Source: Felis catus (Eukaryota). From it: 64,000 nucleotides of DNA. This document shows, one piece after another, positions 1-12,651 of the stretch. Position numbers and translations under genes: made by a program. Within the stretch, counting starts at the first letter, position 1. Each line of letters starts with the position of its first letter. The stretch covers positions 182,034,001 to 182,098,000 of the forward strand of contig NC_058368.1 in NCBI RefSeq assembly GCF_018350175.1, written 5' to 3'. The notes under the pieces were generated by a model. It saw nothing but the letters and a program-made list of their open reading frames with translations, was not told the DNA's origin and did not search any database.

Positions 1-69
1 AAGTTTAAAACCCAACTGAAACCAATGACAAGATGCTAGACATAAAACAAGCAGTAGGGAAAAAGTCAG

Positions 70-160
70 CCAGACCTATCAAATCAGAATCTTGGGGGAG
101 TCCAGGTTTAAACAAGTTCCCTGGGCCATTTTTATGCACACCCAAGTGTGAGAAACACTG
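70..160. mobile_element. MER5A-like hAT-Charlie MITE fragment
   Basis: ccagacctatcaaatcagaatc...aacaagttccctgg...gtgtgagaaacactg resembles the MER5A arm and terminus (from memory). Confidence 0.6.
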
Positions 161-179
161 CCTTAGAACTGAGAATCTT

Positions 180-450
180 GTGGTGTTATTTAAAGGAAGA
201 TCACTGAAGCAAGACTGCCTGTTTTTGAATCCTAGCTCTACTACTTGTCAGCTATGTGATCTTCCGCCAAGTTACTTAACCTCTCTGTGCCTCAGTTTGC
301 TCATTTGGGGGCAGAAAGGGTGGGGAAAACAGTAACAGTACCTATGTACCTATCTCAACGTTGTTGTTCTGAAAGTTATTTTAGGAAATAAATAAAATAT
401 TTGTGAAGCGCTCAAAACAGAACTTGGCACATAAGAAACACAAATAATAA
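180..450 (+). mobile_element. MIR SINE
   Basis: MIR core: gaatcctagctctactactt...caagttacttaacctctctgtgcctcagttt; 3' end aaaacagaacttggcacataag. Confidence 0.8.
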
Positions 451-2349
451 CTCAACAACTATGCAAAGAATTGTTTCCAATTTCCAAAGCACCCCTTCTC
501 ATTACCTTAGCACCCCAAAGAACTCATTTAACTGAAATAGACAATTATTTCTACCCAGTCTTTGTTATGACTGGAGAGAAGTGGACATTTAATTTTACTT
601 GAAATAAATAATATTTTCTTGGATTTCCTCTTTATATTAGATATTCTCATTTTTTATGATTTTTCAGCTGATTTTAAAACTCTGAGATATCAATAAAGAT
701 ATTTAGAATATAGATATTTATTCATAAGGAAATATCTATTCTTGGAAAACTATACATATATATGTATAAACATACATATGTATATATATACATATGTATA
801 AACATACATATGTATAGGAATAGAATGTTTTGAATTTTTAAATAAAATTTTTGAATATATATAACATATACACACCCACACACCTTTATATACCCTGAAG
901 GAAAAAAAAAAAGATTTAAAGTGTACCCCTGACTCCTTCGTATTACCTTTTTTGTCATCTCCAGGGCTATCTATTCAGAGTCATAAAATGCCATTCTCTG
1001 TGGTGAGACTAAAGTATTAAGGAATGCCTCATCTATACAAGAGTCTTTACTCACAAAGTTGCATTTGAGATTTGTACTCCTGGAGACATTTGTTTGAATA
1101 CAGACACTGCTTCTAAGGAATTCTTATAAAAATGTTAATATGTTACCCATTATTTAAAAAAAAAACATAATTAGGGAGTATCTGATCAAATAAAACACTG
1201 ACTACCTGGCATAGAATTAAGATGTTAAAGGAAGAGGATATAACAGAGATGTTTTATTTGTAAAGTGGGCAGGACATCTTATATGCTCATAGTGGGCAAG
1301 AAAGCATGAATACTCCCCAGGAAAGCTGAGATGGAATATTTCAGTTTGTACATGTTGTGATGCAATTTTGTCTATAGACAAATCTGACTACTAACACTGG
1401 AAAGAACCCCTTCTATCTATCTCTTTCCCCAAATCCCGCCCCCTCCCTTGCTGGATGGGTATTACTTAAAAGCAAGCAGAGAAAAATCTCACTTTCTCTC
1501 TGTTGTATACCTTATGACAAGGCATCCGCCAGCACTTGTGGAATAGCTATTGTTACTTGGACCCAAAGCTTTAATACAATTATGGATTTCAACCCATTCT
1601 TTACAGTTTCCCAGGGAAGTTAAATATGATTCAAGAATATTAAGTGGCTCTAAAAAAATAAGATGAATTGTGGAAAAAGAATCACAGTTTCAAAAAATAA
1701 AATGCACTTCTAAAAATATTTCTGAAAGCACAACCTTCATTGATTTTTAAGCAGCTTTCTTCAAAAATGCTAGGGAAAAAGTCAATTGGTTTTCTCTGTT
1801 TTATTTTGCTTTGCAAAATAATGCTGATTTGAAAAAAGTCATCACAATTGCCTAAAGTTCTGTGAAATAATGATGTGGTGTGGCTTCTAGCTAATGGTCC
1901 CAGTATATTTGTAAATCAGAAGATTTATTCTAGAAGTTGTTACATAAATATCAGCAGGGTAGATTTCTTTCATTTATTTTGCATAATTACATTCAAAATG
2001 GATAGTTCTAGCATTTTAAAACCAATGCAACTGCCTGGAGGAGAATGTCTTTTTATATTCATGGAAACATCAGCATATTGTGAAGACATGTCTTGTTGGT
2101 CAAAATTATTTTGAATATCGACTTACCATCACAAATGAGAATTAAGGGGGGGGAAATGCCCTGCATGGATAGCAAATCAAAATGGTATTTGAGTAATAGA
2201 GAGTATCTATCCTCTAAAGGAAGTTCTTGTTTCTGCATGTGTTCATTACCCATTTTCTCAGGAACCCGAAGGATTCATCCTTTGGAAGATATTTACCAGG
2301 ACATTTAAGGATAAAAAAGTACAGATCCTTACAACCCCCCAAAAAAGTA

Positions 2350-2350
<1 letters not shown>

Positions 2351-2385
<35 letters not shown>
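2351..2385 (+). repeat. (CAA)n microsatellite
   Basis: about 11 perfect CAA units. Confidence 0.95.
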
Positions 2386-2386
<1 letters not shown>

Positions 2387-5300
2387 TTCCTATTTTTCAG
2401 CTAACTCCACCCATAAGCTCTCACTCTCATAGACATGTAGACCCTTCACAGTCTGACCCTAGCAATCCATCTTATAATTAATTTATAACATAAATACTGT
2501 CAACCTATATGGGCAAGATCAATTTTAAGTCAATCAACAATCCTCCCCTAAGTGAGGTTTTCCTGAAATTTCTCTTGAAAGGTGAAACCAAGTTTTCAGT
2601 CTGTTTCTTAAGATTTATAAATATGACTGTAATTCTACAGGGAAATTCATATGAGCCAAGATTCCACTTAGTTTGTGTTAATTTTCCTCTCAATATTTTT
2701 TCAGAGATTGTAAACCACAGAATCTAATCTGAGGTCATTTGTGAAAAGAAAGCATAACATGTCTCTAATCGTCTAATTAATTCTGTCTTAAATAAATGCT
2801 AAGTTCCATTTTCCCTACAAAATTTGCTGGCAGGGGTAACTTTCACTAGTTGATGTCAGTATTTGCATCACTGATTTGCTGGTGACAGAGACTATCATGT
2901 ATTTATTTCTCAAGTCATTCATATCCCTTCCTGATTTATAATAATTTCAGAATGTTTTTTTTTCTTCATCAACTTGTCTAATGATTTATCCATAACTTTT
3001 GATGAGCTTATTTTCAATTCTTAGACTGAAATGTATTTTCGTACCAAGGATACTGTGCTCGGGTCCTATGGCTGCAGGCTCTCTGAAGAGAGTATCTATC
3101 ACTGGATATTGGGAAACAGCTGAATGTTTTTCTACTGCTTGATGCCAAAGATATATCTCAGAAAGTGGGAAGCCAGATTTTTAATAAAAATTCCCCACTA
3201 ATGAAAGTTAATGAAAAAATAAATGGTGTTTTCAATTATTCCAAGGAAAATACCTGAAACGAAGACCCTATAGTCTCACAGTTCAACAGATTCTCTCCCT
3301 GGATTGTTTCCTAGCCAAGTTCATTGCTGTCTGAAATGTTTCTATGGATATATACATGCAATAGCTTGCCATCATAAAATACTGAAGATGCAGAAGTCAA
3401 GAGCCTTGGGGGAAAAGAAAGATCTGAGGGAGGATTCCTTAATTATTACTGAATATAAATGTTTGGTTTACATTGCATAGTAGAATAAGCTCACCCAAGC
3501 CTGCTTCTAAAAGCTTCTATTTAATCAAATTTGCTAGTGTTGATGAATTTCCTGGCATTCTACAGATGATATTTGAGTCTTAGTTGGTATAAAGTATGTT
3601 AAAATTTGTCTTTCTGAATTTTATTCAAAATGAGAGATTATTTTATATTACAAACAGATACTGGAAATGTGAGTGTGTTTGATACTTTTTGGGTTGGCTA
3701 TTTTTCCCTTGATTGAATTAGAGATGGACATTCTGCCATCTAGAACTCTGAAAAAATAGCAATATAAATATCCGAATGGCAGCTGCATACACACATCCAA
3801 GTAATTTTGCTTCAAGTGTCTACTGTTCTCACAAGTTTCCACTATGATGGTTAGTACATGCACAAAGAATTGTTTCAGAATACTTCTTGCATCAATATAT
3901 GGGGCATCACATTTTCTTTTGAGTAATGCAGGTGACTTAATTTTACAAAAGAGTACTAATAATGCCTTTTGTTAGCTTTTAGTTAATTATTTTTTATAAT
4001 TTAAAATTCTGGAAATATGAGGAAATTGACAACTGCTCTGACTGTGTGCTAAAACACATTTTCATAATACTTCCTGATGGGGATATATCTTCAGTGAAAT
4101 TCTTATCTACGGAAATTTAGACAGGATATTGACAGACAGCAACTGGTCCATGCAGAGAAGAAAAAGAGTTAACTCAACATTTTAGACAAATTTCCATTAA
4201 GGCAGCCCTAGTGTAACAAACTAAAGAGGGAAGTTTCAACATATACAGTATAGGTTCCCTGAATTTTCCATGCTAATTCTGTAGCTCAAAGGTTTATGCA
4301 TCTCACATCAGCTTCCAAACAAAAGATCTTTTTGATGATTTTGCAACTAGCTTCTTCATAAGCAGCACTAGGAAATGCCAAAAAAAGGGGGGGGGGAGCA
4401 CACAAAGCATGTAGATCAGGCAGAAGAGCTAAAGTTTAATATGTCCTCATTAAGAGGATATGATCTATTTACCCACATCTGCCATTGCTAGGAAAACTCA
4501 ATGTTTAAAATGCAGACTGTTGGTTTATTTCATTCTGTGCCCATAGGAAGCATTACTGCAGCATGTCCAATAAATTGCAACAACCCTATTTTGCTCAGAT
4601 TATTATCTATATTACTGTTGGTAATACTCTGAAAGAGCAAATGGGTCTATTCTGATTTCTTTGTGTTCGTTATTCCATGATTAGCAATCAGAGTAACAGA
4701 TGCAAGTAAAGACATGGTCCCTGAGGGTGTTGTCCATACAACAGTTGAGATAAGTTAATAATACTAATAAAAAAGACTTCTTGGGTAACAGTCCCAGAAG
4801 GATCTGTAGCAGTATTATGGATTCTTGTTGACATGTTTTGTCCGTATTATGGTCAATAATGTCTGGTTCTCCACACTTAAACTGAAAAGAAATATAGTCT
4901 GGATTCACCTCACACACCCTAAAAAGTTAGTCAGGAAACTCTGCTTTCATTATATTACTACTCACTTTGTTCCTACAAGCTTCCTTTCTGGTGAATTCAC
5001 AATAGAATTTTATCTAATTCTATTTCCCCTGGCAAAATATGTAAAGGGTTATATACAGAAATCCACCCACTTACAGGCCAGCTCTCTCAAAGTGGAGAGA
5101 ATTGTTTATGATATCAGCTCTTAGCACAAAACTGTAAGGAATGGAGTATTTACATCATTGGCACGCAAACCTGAGAAGGTAAATGTTCTCATTTGGTCTC
5201 TTAAGACATTGACATGGAGGATTCATACTTCTATTTTGTAATAAGTTAATTACATATAATCATCAGCTTATAATGAATAGTTATTATTTAGACTGCCAAT

Positions 5301-5798
5301 TCAGTTGAGTAGTTCAAAATTAGTAATTGTCACCTTATCCTTACATATTTATTAATAGTAATAGTAAACCAACTAAAAACATATAGTAGATTCTATTACT
5401 CAAGTAGATATTTTCATGCCAGACCTGATGGCTCAAAGGGGCAAGCATTATTTATTTTTTTACACACATTATAATATAAACCAAGAACAATTATTTATGG
5501 AAGGCAATCTTTCAGTTTTAATCAGAGTAAAACTGTATACACTCTCTATTTTCTAAAAGTCTAATTCATGGAAACATTTATAGAGCTTTGTAAAGATATA
5601 TGAACAAGAATGCATCAAAATATCAGTTGAAAAATAGAAGAAATAGGGACTCAAAAGTGTCATCATTAAAAATATTTTGAAATAAATGATGGGTCATCTA
5701 GACTATACAATACCATGAGGAAATGTGGGGTGAATAGGTGGAGGTAGCATACTCTAAAATTTATACACTAATCTATTTGTTCTTAACAATAAGCTGGC

Positions 5799-6729
5799 GG
5801 GGGTCCACGCCAAGATGGCGGCATACGAGGACACTGGGCTCACCGAGCGTCCTGCTGATCACTTAGATTCCACCTACACCTGCCTAAATAACCCAGAAAT
5901 CCGCCAGAGGATTAGCAGAACAGAGTCTCCGGAGCCAAGCGCTGAAGAGACTCCCACGGAAGAGGGTAGGAAGGGCGGAGAGGCAGTGTGCACTCCATGG
6001 ACTGGCGGGAGGGACCCAGGGCAGAGGGGCGGCCCACCGGCCAAGCAGAGCCCCCGAGTCTGGCTTGCAAAAGAGGAGGGGCTGGACGGAGTGTGTTCTG
6101 ACAACAAGCGGGACTTAGCATCTGGGAGGACATAAGTTAACAGCTCTGCTCAGAAAGCAGGAAGGCTGGAGGACAAAGGGAGGGAGAGTTGCTGAGCCCC
6201 GGGAGGACAGAGCTCAGTTTGGCTGGGAACAAAGGCACTCGCCAGCGCCATCTCCCTCACCCAGCCTCCAGCCAAAATCCCAAAGGGAACCAGTTCCTGC
6301 CAGGGAACTTGCTTGCTCCACGCAAACACCCAACACTGTGCTTCTGCGGAGCCACCCCTCCGGCAGCGGGTCTGACTCTCTCCCACTGCCACAGGGCCCC
6401 TCCTGAAGTGGATCACCTAAGGAGAAGCGAGCTAAGCATGCCCCTCCTGCCCCCGTGCACCTTGCCTACCCACCCCAGCTGACATGCCAGATCACCAGCA
6501 CCACAAGCCTGGCAGTGTGCAAGTAGCCCAGACCGGCCACGCCACCCCACAGTGAATCCCACCCCTAGGAGAGGGGAAGAGAAGGCACACACCAGTCTGA
6601 CTGTGGCCCCAGCGGTGGGCTGGGGGCAGACATCAGGTCTGACTGCGGTCCCGCCCACCAACTCCAGTTATACACCACAGCACAGGGGAAGTGCCCTGCA
6701 GGTCCTCACCACGCCAGGGACTATCCAAA
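5799..6729 (+). promoter_or_regulatory. L1 5'UTR internal promoter with YY1-type motif CAAGATGGCG at 5811-5820
   Basis: GC/CpG-rich stretch of about 930 bp upstream of the ORF1 ATG; YY1 motif at its usual position near the L1 5' end. Confidence 0.8.
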
Positions 6730-7622
6730 ATGACCAAACGGAAGAATTCCCCTCAAAAGAACCTCCAGGAAATAACAACAGCTAATGAACTGATCAAAAA
6801 GGATTTAAATAATATAACAGAAACTGAATTTAGAATACTAGTCATAAAATTAATCGCTGGGCTTGAAAACAGTAAAGAGGACAGCAGAGAATCTCTTGCT
6901 ACAGAGATCAAGGGACTAAGGAACAGTCAGGAGGAGCTGAAAAACACTTTAAACAAGATGCAAAATAAAATGGAAATGACCACGGCTCAGAAGGAAGAGG
7001 CAGAGGAGAGAATAGGTGAACTAGAAGATAAAATTATGGAAAAAGAGGAAGCTGAGAGAAAGAGAGATAAAAAAACCAGGAGTATGAGGGGAAAATTAGA
7101 GAACTAAGTGATACACTAAAAAGAAATAATATACGCATAATTGGTATCCCAGAGGAGGAAGAGAGAGGGAAAGGTGCTGAAGGTGTACTTGAAGAAATAA
7201 TAGCTGAGAATTTCCCTGAACTGGGGAAGGAAAAAGGCATTGAAATCCAAGAGGCACAGAGAACTCCCTTCAGACGTAACTTGAATCGATCTTCTGCATG
7301 ACATATCATAGTGAAACTGGCAAAATACAAGGATAAAGAGAAAATTCTGAAAGCAGCAAGGGATAAACGTGCCCTCACATATAAAGGGAGACCTATAAGA
7401 CTCGTGACTGATCTCTCTTTTGAAACTTGGCAGGCCAGAAAGGATTGGCAGGAGATCTTCAATGTGATGAACAGAAAAAATATGCAGCCGAGAATCCTTT
7501 ATCCAGCAAGTCTGTCATTTAGAATAGAAGGAGAGATAAAGGTCTTCCCAAACAAACAAAAACTGAAGGAATTCGTCACCACTAAACCAGCCCTACAAGA
7601 GATCCTAAGGGGGATCCTGTGA
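6730..7622 (+). pseudogene. L1 ORF1p (RNA-binding chaperone), disrupted
   Basis: MTKRKNSPQK...coiled coil...NIRIIGIPE...KEKILKAAR...QPRILYPA...ALQEILRGIL*; frameshift near 7075 and TGA at 7299-7301 (likely CGA>TGA). Confidence 0.93.
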
Positions 7623-7672
7623 GACAAAGTACCAGAGACATCTCTACAAGCATAAAACATACAGACATCACA

Positions 7673-10600
7673 ATGACTCTAAACCCATATCTCTATAATA
7701 ACACTGAATGTAAATGGATTAAATGCGCCAACCAAAAGACATAAGGTATCAGAATGGATAAAATAACAAGACCCATCTATTTGCTTTCTACAAGCGACTC
7801 ATTTTAGACCTGAGGACACCTTTAGATTGAGAGTGAGGGGATGGAGAACTATTTATCATGCTACTGGAAGCCAAAAGAAAGCTGGAGTAGCCATACTTAT
7901 ATCAGACAAACTAGACTTTAAATTAAAGGCTGTAACAAGAGATGAAGAAGGGCATTAAATAATAATTACAGGGTCTATCCATCAGGAAGAGCTAACAGTT
8001 ATAAATGTCTATGCACCGAATACGGGAGCCCCGAAATATATAAAACAATTACTCACAAACATAAGCAACCTTATTGATAAGAATGTGGTAATTTCAGGGG
8101 ACTTTAACACTCCACTTACAGAAATGGATAGATCATCTAGACACACGGTCAATAAAGAAACAAGGGCCCTGAATGAGACATTGGATCAGATGGACTTGAC
8201 AGATATATTTAGAACTCTGCATCCCAAAGCAACAGAATATACTTTCTTCTCGAGTGCACATGGAACATTCTCCAAGACAGATCATGTACTGTGTCACAAA
8301 ACAGCCCTTCATAAGTATACAAGAATTGAAATTGTACCATGCATACTTTCAGACCACATGCTATGAAGCTTGAAATCAACTACAGGAAAAAGTCTGGAAA
8401 ACTTCCAAAAGCATGGAGGTTAAACAATACCCTACTAAAGAATGAGTGGGTCAACCAGGCAATTAGAGAAGAAATTAAAAAATATATGGAAAAAAATAAA
8501 AATGAAAATACAACAATCCAAACGCTTTGGGATGCAGCGAAGGCAGTCCTGAGAGGAAAATACATTGGAATCCAGGCCTATCTCAAGAAACAAGAAAAAT
8601 TCCAAATACAAAATCTAACAGCACATATAAAGGAAATAGAAGCAGAACAGCAAAGACAGCCTAAACCCAGCAGAAGAAGAGAAATAATAAAGATCAGAGC
8701 AGAAATAAACATTATAGAACCCAAAAAACTGTAGAGCAGATCAACGAAACCAAGAGTTGGTTTTTTGAAAAAATAAACAAAATTGCCAAACCTCTAGCCA
8801 GGCTTCTCAAAAAGAAAAGGGAGATGACCCAAATAGATAAAATCATGAATGAAAATGGAATTATTACAACCAATCCCTCAGAGATACAAACAATTATCAG
8901 GGAATATTATGAAAAATTATATGCCAACAAATTGGACAACCTGGAAGAAATGGACAAATTCCTAAACACCCACACTCTTCCAAAAATCAATCAGGAGGAA
9001 ATAGAAAGCTTGAACATACCCATAACTAGCGAAGAAATTGAATCGGTTATCAAAAATCTCCCAACAAATAAGAGTCCAGGACCAGATGGCTTCCCAGGGG
9101 AGTTCTACCAGACGTTTAAAGCAGAGATAATACCTATCCTTCTCAAGCTATTCCAAGAAATAGAAAGAGAAGGAAAACTTCCAGACTCATTCTATGAAGC
9201 CAGTATTACTTTGATTGTAAACCAGAGACCCAGTAAAAAAAGAGAACTACAGGCCAATATCCCTGATGAATATGGATGCAAAAATTCTCAATAAGATACT
9301 AGCAAATCGAATTCAACAGCATGTAAAAAGAATTATTCACCATGATCAAGTGGGATTCATTCCTGGGATGCAGGGCTGGTTCAACATTCACAAATCAATC
9401 AACGTGATACATCACATTAATAAAAGAAAAGATAAGAACCATATGATCCTGTCAATCGATGCAGAAAAGCCCTTTGACAAAATCCAGCACCCTTTCTTAA
9501 TAAAAACCCTCAAGAAAGTCGGGATAGAAGGAACATACTTAAACATCATAAAAGCCATTTATGAAAAGCCCACAGCTAACATCATCCTCAATGGGGAAAA
9601 ACTGAGAGCTTTTTCCCTGAGATCAGGAACACGACAGGGATGCCCACTCTCACCGTTGTTGTTTAACATAGTGTTGGAAGTTCTAGCATCAGCAATCAGA
9701 CAACAAAAGGAAATCAAAGGCATCAAAATTGGCAAAGATGAAGTCAAGCTTTCACTTTTTGCAGATGACATGATACTATACATGGAAAATCCGATACACT
9801 CCACCAAAAGTCTGCTAGAACTGATACATGAATTCAGCAAAGTTGCAGGATACAAAATCAATGTACAGAAATCAATTGCATTCTTATAGACTAACAATGA
9901 AGCAACAGAAAGACAAATAAAGAAACTGATCCTATTCATAATTGCACCAAGAAGCATTAAATACCTAGGAATGAATCTAACCAAAGATGTAAAAGATCTG
10001 TATGCTGAAAACTATAGAAAGCTTATGAAGGTAATTGAAGAAGATATAAAGAAATGGAAAGACATTCCCTGCTCATGGATTGGAAGAATAAATATTGTCA
10101 AAATGTCAATACTACCCAAAGCTATCTACACATTCAATGCAATCCCAATCAAAATTGCACCAGCATTCTCCTCGAAACTAGAACAAGCAATCCTAAAATT
10201 CCTATGGAACCACAAAAGGCCCCGAAAAGCCAAAGTAGTTTTGAAGAAGAGACTAAAGCGGGAGGCATCACAATCCCAGACTTTAGCCTCTACTACAAAG
10301 CTGTCATCATCAAGACAGCATGGTATTGGCACAAAAACAGACACATAGACCAATGGAATAGAATAGAAACCCCAGAACTAGATCCACAAACGTATGGCCA
10401 ACTCATCTTTGACAAAGCAGGAAAGAACATCCAATGGAAAAGACAGTCTCTTTAACAAATGGTGCTGGGAGAACTGGACAGCAACATGCAGAAGGTTGAA
10501 ACTAGACCACTTTCTCACACCATTCACAAAAATAAACTCAAAATGGATAAAGGACCTGAATGTGAAACAGGAAACCATCCAAACCCTAGAGGAGAAAGCA

Positions 10601-11491
10601 GGAAAAGACCTCTCTGACCTCAGCCGTAGCAATCTCTTCCTCGACACATCCCCAAAGGCAAGGGAATTAAAAGCAAAAATGAATTGCTGGGACCTTAGGA
10701 AGATAAAAAGCTTCTGCACAGCAAAGGCAACAACCCACAAAACTAAAAGGCAACCAACGGAATGGGAAAAGATATTTGCAAATGACATATCAGACAAAGG
10801 GCTAGTATCCAATATCTATAAAGAGCTCGAGCTCACCAAACTCCACACCCGAAAAACAAATAACCCAGTGAAGAAATGGGCAGAAAACATGAATAGACAC
10901 TTCTCTAAAGAAGACATCCGGATGGCCAACAGGCACATGAAAAGATGCTCAACGTCACTCCTCATCAGGGAAATACAAATCAAAACCACAGTTAGATATC
11001 ACCTCACGCCAGTCAGAGTGGCCAAAATGAACAAATCAGGAGACTATAGATGCTGGCGAGGATGTGGAGAAACGGGAACCCTCTTGCACTGTTGGTGGGA
11101 ATGCAAACTGGTGCAGCCACTCTGGAAAACAGTGTGGAGGTTCCTCAGAAAATTAAAAATAGAACTCCCCTATGACCCAGCAATAGCACTGCTAGGAATT
11201 TACCCAAGGGATACAGGAGTACTGATGCATAGGGGCACTTGTACCCCAATGTTCATAGCAGCACTCTCAACAATAGCCAAATTATGGAAAGAGCCTAAAT
11301 GTCCATCAACTGATGAATGGATAAAGAAATTGTGGTTTATATACACAATGGAGTACTACGTGGCAATGAGAAAGAATGAAATATGGCCCTTTGTAGCAAT
11401 GTGGATGGAACTGGAGAGTGTTCTGCTAAGTGAAATAAGCCATACAGACAAAGACAGATACCATATGGTTTCACTCTTATGTGGATCCTGA
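7673..11491 (+). pseudogene. L1 ORF2p (APE endonuclease / reverse transcriptase), disrupted
   Basis: ATG at 7673; GDFNTPL and SDH (EN), [24 protein letters not shown] (RT), CWRGC...HCWWEC (CCHC); multiple stops and frameshifts (about 7692, 7764, 7956, 8360, 8725, 9220, 9887, 10250, 10440). Confidence 0.95.
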
Positions 11492-11793
11492 GAAACTTAA
11501 CAGAAACCCATGGGGGAGGGGAAGAAAAAAAAAAAGAGGTTAGAGTGGGAGAGAGCCAAAGCATAAGAGACTCTTAAAAACTGAGAACAAACTGAGGGTT
11601 GATGGGGAGTGGGAGGGAAGGGAGGATGGGTGATGGGTATTGAGGAGGGAACCTTTTGGGATGAGCACTGGGTGTTGTATGGAAACCAATTTGACAATAA
11701 ATTTCATATATTGAAAAAAAAAAAAAGAAAGACAACACCCCCCCCAAAACAAAAAACCAAAAAAAAAAAAACAAAACAATAAGTTGGCCACCC

Positions 11794-11918
11794 ATATATA
11801 TATAAAATTTCCCCTAAGAAAATGATATATACACATATGCATATATGTGTACACAAGATTATTATATATATATGTATAAAATATACATACATGTGTGTGT
11901 GTATATATATATATATAC

Positions 11919-11969
<51 letters not shown>

Positions 11970-11985
11970 AACATATATATCCAGA
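11794..11985. repeat. compound (TA)n/(TG)n low-complexity microsatellite
   Basis: long TA run with TG and CA interruptions just after the L1 TSD. Confidence 0.9.
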
Positions 11986-12651
11986 TATAAACATAAATCA
12001 TTAAGACTATGGCAATTTTACCACAAGTCCTTAGTTTAAAATTTATATATTTAATTCAATATATTCAAATAAAACAAATAAGGTATTTCTGTTAAATTTT
12101 TAAAGTGAAGTTTCTGGCTATTTTTAATTTAGCCTTTTTCTTAATTTTCTATTTTTCTTTAATGAAATAAATTCTATGATCCCCTACACTTCCACCTTCT
12201 AAAATCAAGAAATAATGTTTCTATTTTGTCAGTATTCTGCTGGTACCTAGAACTATGTGAGACCGAAATAACCCCCCCCCCCATATATGTACCATACGTA
12301 TCTTTAATGAATCATATGAGAAGTTAGAAGACAACTCCACCAATTACAGCAATCAGCAGGGTATAGTGCAAAACAACAGTAAAGCTCTGGCTAAGGTTGC
12401 CAAAATGTGTGCTATTCTCGGTAAGAAGCAAGCTCACACAAGCCAGCAAATACTGTGCTACTGATATCTTCTCGAGAGGCTATCTGAATAATGAGATCTC
12501 CTTCTGCAAGGACACTTGTCCTGAGAAACTGAAAAGGGGAATAGTCTCTGTCCTCCAAGGAATATGAAAGATAAAAATGCATCCTATTATGCCCTGGGAG
12601 TAAACTTGTTCTGGTATTTAAAACTTACCCTTAAAGAATGTTTGTTTCTAA

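Larger units (their letters stand above)
5799..11774 (+). mobile_element. Full-length felid LINE-1 (L1_Fc-like), inactivated
   Basis: GC-rich 5'UTR starting GGGGGTCCACGCCAAGATGGCG, ORF1, ORF2 (EN-RT-CCHC), G-rich 3'UTR, AATAAA and A-rich tail; TSD aacaataagctggc (5785-5798) / aacaataagttggc (11775-11788); TT|AACA endonuclease-type site. Confidence 0.97.

Noticed and set aside
2227..2481. 84-aa ORF with a polyQ run
   Set aside because: The polyQ is just the (CAA)n microsatellite; no splice or homology support.
5815..6785. Several 70-106-aa ORFs on both strands in the L1 5'UTR
   Set aside because: Expected in GC-rich UTR sequence; the first ATG is part of the YY1 motif; no recognisable protein.
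7034..10812. Antisense ORFs of 140+ aa within L1 (also 32353-32787 and 33182-33631)
   Set aside because: Common shadow ORFs on the antisense strand of L1.
10394..11491. 365-aa ORF (and its twin at 31674-32771) as a standalone gene
   Set aside because: It is the L1 ORF2 C-terminus, and its apparent N-terminus is produced by the shared frameshift.
11540..12039. Y/I-rich ORFs
   Set aside because: Translations of the (TA)n microsatellite.
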